NCBI RefSeq assembly: GCF_048593235.1 | Contig: NC_133622.1 | Location: 50,530,001 to 50,594,000, forward strand | Reading direction: 5' to 3' | Source of the DNA: Sminthopsis crassicaudata | Lineage: Eukaryota | Length of the DNA: 64,000 nt | Position numbers and translations under genes: made by a program | The notes under the pieces: generated by a model | What the model was told of the DNA's origin: nothing | The model's database searches: none | Seen by the model: only the letters and a program-made list of their open reading frames with translations | In this document: piece after piece, positions 27,825 through 40,150 of the stretch | Position numbering within the stretch: position 1 is the stretch's first letter | How the letters are laid out: each line of letters begins with the position of its first letter

Positions 27825-28959
27825 CTTTTAGCCAAGTTAGGAAATAATAAACATAAGAAACAATTATGTTGAAAAGAATGGAGACCATCCAATGAACTTT
27901 TTAGGAAAGGATACTCTAATCAGAGAATCAAAAATGAAAAAGTAGGATAGAAAGAATTAAGTACATGCATAGACCTAAGAATATAGATATATTTCATTAA
28001 TGTATATCCAATTAATTTTAAGGCAAACATTTAGTATTCAATTATAATAGAAATTATTTTATTTTTTTTAAAAGTAGAAAATTAAAACTAAATTTATTTA
28101 ATAACATTAAATACATATATTATTGTGTATGTGTGCACACATGAATGAATGAAGACAATATACTTAGGGGAAATGAAGCAAATAGAAGAATTTATACTAT
28201 GGAAACATGTAAAAATGTTTTTTTTAGGAGTTTTCAAACTCCTAAAATTATGACAAATGTAATTGTTTGTTGTGAGTCAAAAGAACAACATAATGAAGCA
28301 GAATGTTATTTAGCTACTTGTAGAGTGTGGATGATTAAGATATACAGAATGGGAAACATTTTAGGAGATGATCAATATGAAAATTTATTTTTCTTGACTT
28401 TGCATATTTGTTATAAGGCTAAGGTTTCCTTCCCTTTCCTTCTCTTCTGTTTTCTTCTTTGTTCCCCACTCCTGACCAGGAAACATCAGAGCAAGAGAGA
28501 GTAAGAGAAGATTACTTTCCAATTAAAAAACTTTTTAAAACCTTAATTTTTAGAGACATTGAGAATGCTTTGACACACTCTATACAGCTTCCCATGATCA
28601 TGAATAGCAATTGTTGGGGTTGAACAATAATGCATTGTCTTAAACTAGTGTTTAAAACAAAAAGAAAAATAGATGCCTATAAAGATAGAGTTGTTTTTGT
28701 TATTTTAATTTAAATGTTATGTATAAAGAAGGAATTAAAGGAAGGAAAAACACAAACCAACATGCTAAGGAACTGCACTGAATAAACAAACAAACAAACA
28801 AACAAACAAATAAATAATGAATCCAAGGTATTTGGAAGGAATCTAAAGAACTTAATCATAGAAGTATCTATGACAATCAATAGATAGATACATAGATGAA
28901 AGCTAGGCTATCTATTTATCTATTCTTTAACATTCCTCTCAAAATAGTTGGATATGTGA

Positions 28960-31900
28960 AAAAATAATTGATTTGTTTTAGAGACAAGGATATTGGGAAC
29001 CTCTAAAAGAAAGAATCCTGAACAATGAGAATGAATATCTAAAAATATTGCTAAGAAGTTATTACAAATTATAGTTGTGATTGATAACATAAATGCAGGG
29101 CTGGTTCAATATTAGGAAAACTTAGCATAATTGACTATAATATCAATAACCAAACTAAAAGAAATCATATGATCATGTCAATAAATGAAGAAGAAGCATT
29201 TGGCAAAATGCAATACCCATTCTTACTAAAAACATGAAAGAGCATAGAAATAAATGAAATTTTCTATAAAATTAACAGTAACATCTATTTTAAATAATCA
29301 GCAAACATCAATTGTAATGGGGATTAATTAGAATCATTCCCAATAAGATCATGGGTGAAACAAAGTTGTCCACTATCACCATTACTAATTAATATTGTAT
29401 TAAAAATGTTAGCCTTAGCCCTCTTTGTAGTGGCCAGAAACTGGAAACTGAGTGGATGCCCATCAATTGGAAAATGGCTGAATAAAGTGGCATATGAATA
29501 TTATGGAATATTATTGTTCTGTAAGAATTGACCAACAGGATGATTTCAGAAAGGCCTGGAGAGACTTACATGAACTGATGCTGAGTGAAATGAGCAGGAC
29601 CAGGAGATCATTATATACTTCAACAACAATACTATATGATAATCAATTCTGATGGATGTGGGATCTTCAATAATGAGATGAACCAAATCAGTTCTAATGG
29701 AGCAGTAATGAACTGAACCAGTTATGCCCAGCGAAAGAACTCTGGGAAATTACTATAAACTACTACATAGAATTCCCAATACTGCTATTTTTGTCCACCT
29801 GCATTTTTTATTTCCTTCACAGGCTAATTGTACACTATTTCAAAGTCCGATTGTTTTTGTACAGCAAAATAACTGTTTGGACATGTATACATATATTGTA
29901 TTTAATTTATACTTTAACATATGTAACATGTATTGGTCAACCTGCCATCTGGGGGAGAGGTGGGGGGAAGTCGGGGAAAAATTGAATCAAAAGGGTTGGC
30001 AATTATCAGTGCTGTAAAATTACCCATACATATAGCTTGTAAATAAAAGCTATACTAATAAAAAAAAAAAAAGAAAGAAAGAAAAAAGAAAAGAAAAGAA
30101 ATGTTAGCCTCTGAAATAAGAGAAGAAAAAAATAAAATAATCAGAATAGGTAAGGAGGAAATCAAATTATTACTCTTTGCAGTTGATATGATGGCATGCT
30201 TAGAGAATCCTAGAGACTCAATTAAAAAAATTCTAGAAATAATTCACAACTTTAGCAAAGTTGGAGGATACAAAATAAATAAATCATCAGCATTTCTATA
30301 TGCTACCACCAAAACCCAGCAGCACAAGATACAAAGTGAAATTCCATTTAAAATAACTGTAGATAATATAAAGTATTTGGGAGTCTACCTGCAAAGACAA
30401 AGTCAGGAACTATGTGAGCACAATTACAAAACACTTTCCACATAAATAAAGTCAGAATTCATCAATTGGAAGAATATCAAGTATTTATGGGAAATCTGAG
30501 ATAATATAATAAAAATGATAATTCTATCTAAATTAATATACTTATTCAGTGTCATACCAATCAAACTCCAAGGAAATTATTTTACAGAGCTAGAAAAAAT
30601 AACAAAGTTCATCTGGAAGAAGAAAAGGTCAAGAATATCAGAGCAATTTATGGAAAAAAAAATTCAAATGAAGGTAGGCTAGCTGAACCAGACTTAAAAC
30701 TACATTATAAAGCAGTAGTCATCAGAACCATTTCATATTGGTTTAGAAATAGTTTTTCAGTGGAATAGAATAGGTTCCCAAGACATAATCATCAGTGAAT
30801 ATAGTAATCTATGTTTGATAAACTCAAAGACTCCAGCTTCTGGGATAATAACTCACTATTTGACCAAAATTGCTGAGGAAATTGGAAATTAGAATGGCAG
30901 AAAGTAGGCATTGACACACATTTAACATTGTATACCAAGATAAAGTCAAAATGAGTTCATGATTTAGACATGAATGATATACCACGAGCAAATTAGAACA
31001 AAGGATAGTCTGCCTCTCAGATCTGTGAAGGAAGGAATTTGTGGCCAAAGAACTAGAGTACTTGAATGCAAAATGGATAATTTTGCTTATTACAAAAATT
31101 TTTGTACAAACAAAAGTGAAGCAGAGAAGATTAGAAGGGAAGCAGAAAACTGGGGAAAATATTTACATTCAAGGGTTCTGATAAAAGCCTCCTTTTTAAA
31201 ATATAGAGAATTCATTCAAATTTATAAGAATAGAAGCCATTTTCCAATTGACAAATAGTCAAAGGATATGACAGTTTTTAGATTAAACAATTAAAATCAT
31301 TTCTAGTTATATGAAAAAAAAATGTTGTAAATCACTATTCATCAGAGAAGTGTAAATTAAGACAACTCTAAGGTACACACCTCTCATATTGACTAAGATG
31401 ACAGGAAACTATATTTATGAAAGTTGGAGATGATGTGGGAAGACTGGAACACTAATATATTGTTGATGGATTTATGAACAGATTCACATATTCTGAAGAG
31501 CAATATAGATCTATGACCAAAGGGCTGTCAAACTGTACATACTCTTTGATCCAGCAATATCTCTACTTGGCTTGTATCACAAAAAAAAAAAAAAAAAAAA
31601 AAACATAAAAAGGGGGAAAGGACCCACATGTACAAAAATGTTTGTAGCCACTTTTTTACAGTGGTAATTAGAAACTGAATAGATTTCCATCATTTGGAGG
31701 ATTGCTGAATAAGTTATGGTATATGATTGCAATGGAATTATTACTCTTCTATGAGAAAGGATCAACAAGATGATTTCAGAAAAGCCTGTAGATATTTATC
31801 TGAACTGATGCTAAGTTAAATACATAGAAGCAAGAGGGAATTGTACACAACAAGATTATATGATGATTAATTCTGATGGTCATGGCTCTTTTCAACAGCC

Positions 31901-32260
31901 AGTCGATTCACATCAGTTCCAATGGATTTGTGATGGAGAGAACCATCTGCATCCAGATGTGGAGACAAAATGTGGATCACAATTTAGTATTTTCATTCTG
32001 TTGTTGTTTGCTTGCTTGCTTTTGCTTTCTTTCTCATTGTTATTCCTTTTTGATCTGATTTTTCTTGTGTGGCATAATAAGTCTGAAAATATGTATAGAA
32101 GAATTGCACATTTAAACTATATTGGATTATTTACTGTCCAAAAGAGGGGGTTGGGAGATGGAAGGGAGAAGATAATTTTAAACACAAAATTTTGCAAAGA
32201 TGAATGTTGAAAACTATGCAAATATTTTAAAATAAAGAGCTTCAAAAAAAAAAAAAAAAC
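28960..32260 (+). mobile_element. Older 5'-truncated L1 (ORF2 RT to 3' UTR and poly(A)), split by a younger L1
   Basis: ORF 30101..30445 (GKEEIKLLLFAVDMMACLENPRDS...IKYLGVYL) is the L1 RT domain with the FADDM motif decayed. Upstream atgcagggctggttcaatattaggaaa. Ends aaataaagagcttc(A)n at ~32230-32260. Confidence 0.9.
29415..30098 (+). mobile_element. Younger 5'-truncated L1 (~685 bp) with A/GAAA-rich tail
   Basis: Perfect 11-bp TSD aaatgttagcc (29404-29414 and 30099-30109). ORF2 end plus 3' UTR, AATAAA and tail. Confidence 0.92.
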
Positions 32261-32359
32261 AAATTTCAATTGTGCTCCTTCTTCCCAGTATTACTTTACT
32301 CAGATTTATTTTTTCAAAAGATAGTATATGTTTATTATTTCTCTACAAAGTTGATTTAG

Positions 32360-32575
32360 AGCAATAATTTTTAAAAAAGTGTAGTCTAGAAACTTTTTCA
32401 CAAGATTTGCAAAGTTAAAACTATTTTAATAAGGATTTTTATTTTCTAAGTTGGTAAATATCCTTATTCATCATTCATATAGTCAAAATTGACTACAGTC
32501 AAATTGTTGGGGGTCCACAATAATTTTTAAAAGTATAAAGGAGTTATGACACAAAAGTTTGATAAGTTTTGTATT
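32360..32575 (+). mobile_element. Decayed non-autonomous hAT-Charlie-like DNA transposon
   Basis: Right end ggggtccacaataatttttaaaagtataaaggagttatgacacaaaagtttga resembles the recalled Charlie end (ggggtcctcaataatttttaagagtgtaaaggggtcctgagaccaaaaagtttgagaacc). Left end aaagtgtagtct...ttaaaactatttt resembles its start. No TSD readable. Confidence 0.5.
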
Positions 32576-33439
32576 AAACTTAATTCTTTTTAAATTTTAC
32601 TATGTGAAATAATAATGAACAATGAAACAAATCAAAATGTTTTTTGTTATTTCTCTTGTCTCCAGTAACTATTGTTTTATTTAAATGAGACTTCAGGAGA
32701 TGATATTATCATCTTAATTAATTATAATAAGAAAATTTAAGTGATATAAATAATCACCACAACAAGGCCAAAAAAGTGTAAAAACTCTAATTCATAAAAT
32801 ACATGGCCTCCTTCCAAATAAAGGAATTAGATAATTAAGGGTTTTAAAGTACAAAGTTGTTTTCAATATCTTGTAGAAAAGGATAGTGTAAGGTTATAAA
32901 AAGCAGAAAATAGAAACAACAGAGGAGAAAAATTATTTTTAAAAATAGTTGATTATTTATTTTAAGGATATTTAAGAATGAAACTGCAAATAAGAACTTA
33001 GGTGGATGAAAAATGAAAAATATATAAAGATGTTTTTAAAATCAAGCTTTCTTTTTTCCTTTTCTCTGAAAGTGGCTACATGGTTTCAAATGTGCTTCAT
33101 GTGGTAGTGGTGATATAGTATTAAAGAAAGCAAGGGTCATAGAAAGCATCTGTACCAGACTTGTTACACACAGAAAATGTAGCTACTAGTAAAAAAATTG
33201 TTTTAAAGGCTCTTGATTTATTTGAAATGCTGTAGAATACAAACAAAACAAAAGAAAAGAAAAAAAATGGAGAATAAAAACTCAGATCCTTTGGCTACTC
33301 TTCACTTCTCTACAAATTAAAAAAACAAACAAACAAACAAACAAAAAAAAAACAATTTATGCATTTTTTTCAAAGTTCATTTTATTAGACCACAAGGAAG
33401 AAATTGGAGTCATTCATGTGTGTATGTATGTATGTGTAT

Positions 33440-33667
33440 ATGCGTTCAGTGCTGTGAGTCATATCTAACTCTTTATGACCCCATTTAAGATTTTCTTGGC
33501 AAATATAATAAAGTGGTATTTCCATTTCCTTCTCCAGCTCATTTTACAATGAAAAACTTAGGCAAGCAGGGTTAAGTGGCTTGGCAATGATCACACAGCT
33601 AGCAAGTGTCAAGCACTTCCTGACTTCAGGTCCAGCACTCCATTGACTAGGCTATCTAACTGCCCCT
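33440..33667 (-). mobile_element. MAR1-type SINE
   Basis: gaccccatttaagattttcttggcaaa...ccatttccttctccagctcattttac...gatcacacagctagcaagtgtc...ctaactgcccc. Confidence 0.8.
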
Positions 33668-34043
33668 GAAATCATACTATTGCCAGAATATGTGATTCTA
33701 CTCTGCTTGTTTATTGAGTATTAAAAAGTATTTTACTTAGAAGAACAGAATAGCACTAATGTGTCTTCCAAATAGCTTTCTTCCACATATTGCAGAATTA
33801 TTTATGATTGTAAAGATATGCTTTCATTCAACAATCTTCTAATTATTACCTAGAAATATGTAAAAAAAAAAAAAAATCCTATTTGTTAATGATTCTTGCC
33901 ACCAGCACATAGAATATAGTGTGAAAAATTAAAATACAAGAGGTATCCTCTAAACATGATGAGGTCCTTTAGATATTCTTGCTTAATATGACATTATATT
34001 GTGTGCCTCAAGCCATGAAAAAATTGCAATCACTCATAAAGTT

Positions 34044-34045
<2 letters not shown>

Positions 34046-34083
<38 letters not shown>
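34046..34083. repeat. (CA)n microsatellite
   Basis: Directly visible. Confidence 0.97.
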
Positions 34084-34085
<2 letters not shown>

Positions 34086-37000
34086 ATAATCCCTATACAA
34101 AGATATCAGCCAATGTAGCTGCACAGGGGGAAAAAAATCAAATATATATTTTTTTAATTTGCTTATTTTTCAAATTATAATATGGGTGTGAAGAATATCC
34201 AAAGAGTAGTTGGTCCATCATTTTGCTTCATGTGTGCCTTTGTACATGCTTTTGTATAGATATAGATATATGCTATCCCTCTATCTGTTTATCTGCTCTG
34301 AATGAACAGCAAAATTGGCTGACAATTGAATAGAAGGGCCAGAGTAGCAGCATATCAAAAAGTATTTGGTATTTTTAATGACCTCAATCTTCTCCTTGAA
34401 AGAGGAACTAATCTTTGTTTTTTAAATATAAATAATGTTCAGTTGATACCATATGACCATAAGTCAGGGGAATGCTACAGTCTTTAAAGAAATAAAAACA
34501 TGAATTACAAAAATAGCAACAAAAAAAAGGCATAATGTACCTGAGTAAACTTCAAAACAATTCCAATATATAAGAAAAAAAATATATATAATAGCATATA
34601 TAATTATAATATAATATTCCATGCTATTACATAATTACAATTATATGCTATAATGCATAACTCATATTATAAAACATAAGCATAAAATAAAATTATTTCA
34701 CCCCTGAAATGGCTATTATTCTTATAAAATTGAATCAATTTCTTAGATATCCTGGAAATGAAACCATTGCCAGAGAAAAATAAAGGATTTTTTTCCCTAT
34801 CTAGTTGCTTATTTTGTGGCTTACCTAGCAAAATTACCTTTCTTATGCACACATTACACTTTATTTGCTAATAGATTTTAAGGAAGAACTAGTATGTGAA
34901 GGCTTGCTGTGCAAAGAGAATGAGATAATGACTCTGTTAAATGAGTAATGTTATAACTTATGAGTTCAAAGCATTGGTTCAAAATATGTAGAGTACTTAA
35001 GATATAGAAATTCAAAACAGTTTTTAAAAATATTCATTTTATATGCATTCAATAACAAGTTCACAGAATTATTGTTCTCATCCTTGATGAAATACTGTTA
35101 CATGCTTGTTACTATGTATTTATTAAATATTGTATAATTCTAGTTTCACAATTTTGTAAGTTGACTAAGTGAGATTTCTTCTACAAATTATACATGAAAA
35201 AAGTTTCATTTTTTGGAATCAATTCAAATAACTACATATAATAAAATATATCAAAAAATATATATATAAGACAGTTTTTTAGTGTTTAGTAGGTTCATGT
35301 TATATTCTTCAGCTATACATACATTGTATCAAATGTCTATATCAAATTTTAAATGATTATACAGATAGCCTATATTTTTAAAATATAAAATGTTAAGGAT
35401 CAAGGAGCCATAGCTTTATGCTCATAATTTATATAAGTACAATAAGTACAAAATGGCAGAAGTGATGCCTTTTAATATTTATCAAATCACAATACTGTTT
35501 AGTAGTTGATTAGTTGTAAAATAAATTACAATTTATATGTCAATGAAATTATAATGAAAATTTTAATCAATTATCATTGTGGTTTTCTTCCCCTCTTCCC
35601 CATTAAATCAAAAGATAAACTGAGCAAGATAACTTGGTGTGTCAGACTTTATCAAGCAAATTATTATTTTGACTAATTATTCTCCTGCTTTTTGTTGTTA
35701 TAAAGATATCACTACCTATAATTATAGAGGTCACTAGAGCAGTAGATACCAATTCCAAGAAATATTTATTTATCAAATAGTAAATAGTATTTTTGATATT
35801 ATTATATGTGTAGCTTATCTAAATGATTTTATTCTTTTGTTAGAGGGAAGGAATGGAAATGCATATTTTCTAATCAGATTCATAAGAACAATGTCTCCTT
35901 TACCAATGAAGTCATTAACGTAATGATTCAAATTCAATTAATAAACATAAAAGATAATTTAAAAAATATTTACTAGACTACATTTTAAAACAAAGTAAAA
36001 TTTAGTATACAGACAACTGGGCTTTTCAGACTTTCATTACTAACATGACTTCATGTATAAAATTTTGTTCTTTTTATTTACTTTCAAAAAAATAAAAAGT
36101 AAATTGGAGTAATTTTGATATAATGGATCAAACTGTGTCAGCAGTCATATCTTCAATATACTATTTTTTGTCTAAGGCATAAGCACATGTAATGTCAAAA
36201 TTCTTGTAAAATGTTATATGACACACTTTTTCCCCCCTAATACTTTCAAAATAAGAATTTCTCTGTCTCTTTCCAAATGAGTTGTTTTCTTCCACTGCCT
36301 TTACCTTGATCTTATTAAAGAAAGGATGTACACAGATTTAGTTTAATAAATATCAAGTCAAAATCTGACAGAAATCAGCTGTGCCCCTTTCGGATTGATG
36401 GACCCTTTCCAGGGAACCTTAATGTGCACATAAAATGTCAACTCCCTGAAATAATTTGCAGAAGATTAGTTCTGTGGTGATTCAATTTGATAAGAATGGG
36501 TATTAGGACTACCTCAGTGGACTTATTTGTACCCAGTCCGGCATATTGGTCATTTCCATAAAGATCACTGAAGTGTGAATGATAAACTAGCAGAAGGAAG
36601 AACTCCTTTCCCTCCCCCACCATTCCTGCTACTACCATCTGTGTTGAATTTGAGTTCTGAATGTGTGGAGTTGGCTTAATATTTTTCTCCATTACATTTA
36701 TAACCTAGGACTTTGCTATATAGCTATCAGAGGCTATATTTGGACTCTGTAATTATATCAACTACAGCAACTAAATAAAAATTGCTTTACCATATTTCAA
36801 CTCCTTCAAAAACAAAGAAAAACTATCATTTAGCCCCATTCAGAGATAGAATATGGTTCTTCACTAATAAAATATGTCTGCTGAAACGTAAATTAACATG
36901 TTATAAAAATGATAATGAAAAGAATCTTTTTTTTAATAAAAGATTTTTTAAAATTAGGCATTATTTAAGTTATCAAATCAAATAACATTAAATGATATAA

Positions 37001-37320
37001 AAGATTATTTATAAAGGTGCATAAGAAGCTTCCAAATTCAGGAACAGAAAATAAGTCCAAATTATTTTGAAAAAAATATATATTTTAAAAGCTTAGAGAG
37101 AGAGTGCATTTGATAAAGAAATAGATTACATGAGCAATTACTGGGTTAGATTGAGGTTCAGCTTTTGATATGAACAAATTGAGATACCATAGGCCTATTC
37201 CTTAATTTCTTTTGTCTCAGGTTACTTTCCAAAATTATATGTTCTTAGTGAGTTGTCAGTGGGGGAAGTTTTTAATATATATTTAATATGTAAATATATT
37301 ATATTTTATATTAGTATACA

Positions 37321-37460
37321 NNNNNNNNNNNNNNNNNNNNNNNNNNNNNNNNNNNNNNNNNNNNNNNNNNNNNNNNNNNNNNNNNNNNNNNNNNNNNNNN
37401 NNNNNNNNNNNNNNNNNNNNNNNNNNNNNNNNNNNNNNNNNNNNNNNNNNNNNNNNNNNN
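37321..37460. other. Assembly gap (140 N)
   Basis: Run of N. Confidence 1.
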
Positions 37461-37576
37461 GCTATGCAGAAGAAACAATTATAAACCGTACTAATATAAG
37501 GGAAAAACCTTTGGAGATGAAGAAGAAAAATATAGCTTTTGGTGTAATATCACCTTTTTTAAAATGTTTCTATCAC

Positions 37577-38252
37577 TGTGAAGAATTGGTAGTTGGATAA
37601 TGGATATGATGAGGTTCTGAATGGTGGGTGTGTTAGGCAGAAGAAAATTGGAGAATAGATCGCTGAGGCAGGAAAAAATGCATTGATAGAGACCAGTTTA
37701 GCTCCAAAGTCCCACTCTCCAGTAAGAAATCTAAGTTAGATGAAACTCCTGTGGCCTCCTTCTTTGTAGGGGTCGTGGGAAGCCTCCTTTTCCCATGTCA
37801 GAATCCTAGTCATGTCTCTGATGTTAAAATATTCCCTATAAAATCACTTGTGGCTGTGCCATAGTTGCTGCCCTCCTTTGGATCAGTTCACCTTGGTACT
37901 CTGCCTCCTGTATCTTTCTCCCTCATTCCATGTGGTCTCTCTCCTAGCTCCACTATGCTTTTCAAGCCCACTTCTCCTCCTTATGGCTAACTAACTCTTT
38001 TGGGGTGCTTAGTCCCTTTCAGGATTTAGCTTGCCTACTAAGGGCATGCCTCAACCTCATGGGGTTCTCCCCTTCTACTGCTAAGTGGCAAGTTCTACTA
38101 AATGCCCTTTTCTTTTCTATGTTCTTCCAACTCTATTTCATAATTACCATTCCTGGTGTCTATTTTATCCCTTTACTTTTTCAGTAACCTATTTCTCTAA
38201 ATAAATCTTTCCATTTTTGCCAAAGAAAAATTATGTGTCTACATTAGTCACA
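37577..38252 (+). mobile_element. Solo ERV LTR (family A)
   Basis: Starts tgtgaagaatt. TATA ccctataaaa at ~37835. aataaa then ttttgccaaaga...tcaca at the end. Possible 4-bp TSD tcac/tcag. Confidence 0.8.
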
Positions 38253-38302
38253 TCAGACAGATATGATGAGGTCAGGGTAACAGTTCCCATTCCAAATAAA
38301 CA

Positions 38303-38920
38303 TGTGATAAATTCACAATGACCATTCTCTTTGGCAAAAGACAAGTTTATTTAGGGGAATAGGTTAAAGACAAAAATAAAAGGTAAAATAGGCACCAGAA
38401 GTGACAAATGAAAATAAAAGTGGGAGAGTGTCTAGTTAGTTAGGAAAAAGACAAGTTCCCTAGGAAAACTCACAATTAAACAGGAGAAAGAAAATATCCC
38501 ACAAGGTGGGAGTAAGGCATTAACTGGCAAGTTAGATTGACCACAGATATACTAGAGTAAGAAGAAAGGTGCCATTAAAGGGAAGGCACTATGAGGGATA
38601 GACAGTATTTCATAGTGGATTTAGTCCAGAAAACGACTTAGCAAAGATCTTCATAAGCAGATTCTTTATAGGAGAAATACAGTCTTGAGGATCCCTAGGC
38701 TTAAAGACTGGATCTCAAAAGTTCAAAGAGCCAGATGGAATGAATCCAGAAGACCAGATTCAGACCTGTCTAAAGTTATGCTAATCATTCAAATCTAGGT
38801 CCCTTGACTTCCAACTTTTCTCTCTTCCCATTTAATGGTATATCTCCTAAGGAGGTACAAATTTAGAAAATAACTCCATTTCAGCAGAGTAGTAAGCTTA
38901 GGAGATTTTGTAGATTTCTA
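38303..38920 (-). mobile_element. Solo ERV LTR related to family A (right boundary uncertain)
   Basis: tgtgataaattcacaatgaccattctctttggcaaaagacaagtttattta is the reverse complement of the family-A 3' end. Antisense TATA (ctttatagga) at ~38665. Confidence 0.7.
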
Positions 38921-38934
38921 TTGTCAAAACAGTT

Positions 38935-39435
38935 TGATTCAGCTGTGGAATATGATTATAATGGAATATAATTGTGCTATAAGAAATGACAAGCAGGATG
39001 ATTTCAGAGAAACCTGGAAAGACTTGCATGAACTGCTGCATAGTGAAAGTTTAAAAAAAAAAAAAAAAAAAAAGACCAGGAGAATGTTACACATTAACAA
39101 CAAAATTATTTGCTGAAGAACTGTGAATAACTTAGCTATTGTCAGCAAAACAATGATCCAAGACAATCCCAAAAATCTAATGATGAAGCATATCTGTCTC
39201 CAGAGAAACAAATCACATTGATTGAATGCAGACTGACAAAATATTCTACTTTTCACTTTTTTTCTTTGCTTCCTTTTATTCAAGTATTCTAAAATGACTA
39301 ATATGGAAATATTTTACATAATTGCACATGTATAACCTATATCTGATTACTTACTGATTACTTGCTGATTACTCAGCAAAAGAAGAAAAGAAACAGGGAG
39401 GAATATAATTTGGAATTTAAAACTTTAGCATATCC
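38935..39435 (+). mobile_element. L1 ORF2 end and 3' UTR
   Basis: aatggaatataattgtgctataagaaatgacaagcaggatgatttcagagaaacctggaaagacttgcatgaactg. Confidence 0.85.
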
Positions 39436-39662
39436 TTTTCTTTACTTTTTTTTTTTTTTTTTTTTAAATCAATAAGTCAAAGGTTCTTTAAAGATACCCA
39501 AAGATCTAGGGATGGATAATGGGACTGATAAAGAGTTCCTCCCTAGACTGTCTGGGAATTATCTGATAATAGAATTAACTGATAATAGCTTCTTCCCAGC
39601 AGAGGAAGAGAGCATCTTACTTAAGGTATAGATAGAGAGATAGATAGAGATAGAGATATGCA

Positions 39663-39664
<2 letters not shown>

Positions 39665-39708
<44 letters not shown>
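39665..39708. repeat. (CA)n microsatellite
   Basis: Directly visible. Confidence 0.97.
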
Positions 39709-39717
<9 letters not shown>

Positions 39718-40150
39718 TTCTCTAATTTCTTTTATATTATTTAAATATTGATTTTATTTCCACTCTGCAATGATAGAAAGACTTATTTATTGTACTGTGC
39801 ACAAAATAAGGAAAGAGTTTTCATGATGGTAAATAAAAAGACTGAACTCCAAAGACATCTCAAAAGCTTTAGCACTTTGAGTACTGCTTAAAGTTGTTTA
39901 GTGAACATGTAGCCTTATGTATGGGCTTTAGAATTTCTCAGTTTGGAAAATGAGAAGATACATGAGTTGATTCAATCAAATTAATATTTTTTTTAAGTAC
40001 TTAATATGTGCAAGATACTGTTTCACTTGCTGAGGCTATACTGGAAAATGAAAAAGAAGTTTACAAAAACCTAATAAAATAACGAAATAATCTGATGTCA
40101 TTGATATAAATACCAGATGATAGTAGGTACTAAAAGTTGGTGTTTGGTCT

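Noticed and set aside
30101-30445. Reverse-transcriptase-like ORF as a retron/DGR-style or active RT
   Set aside because: Ordinary L1 ORF2 fragment. The catalytic FADD motif has decayed to FAVD and stops or frameshifts flank it.
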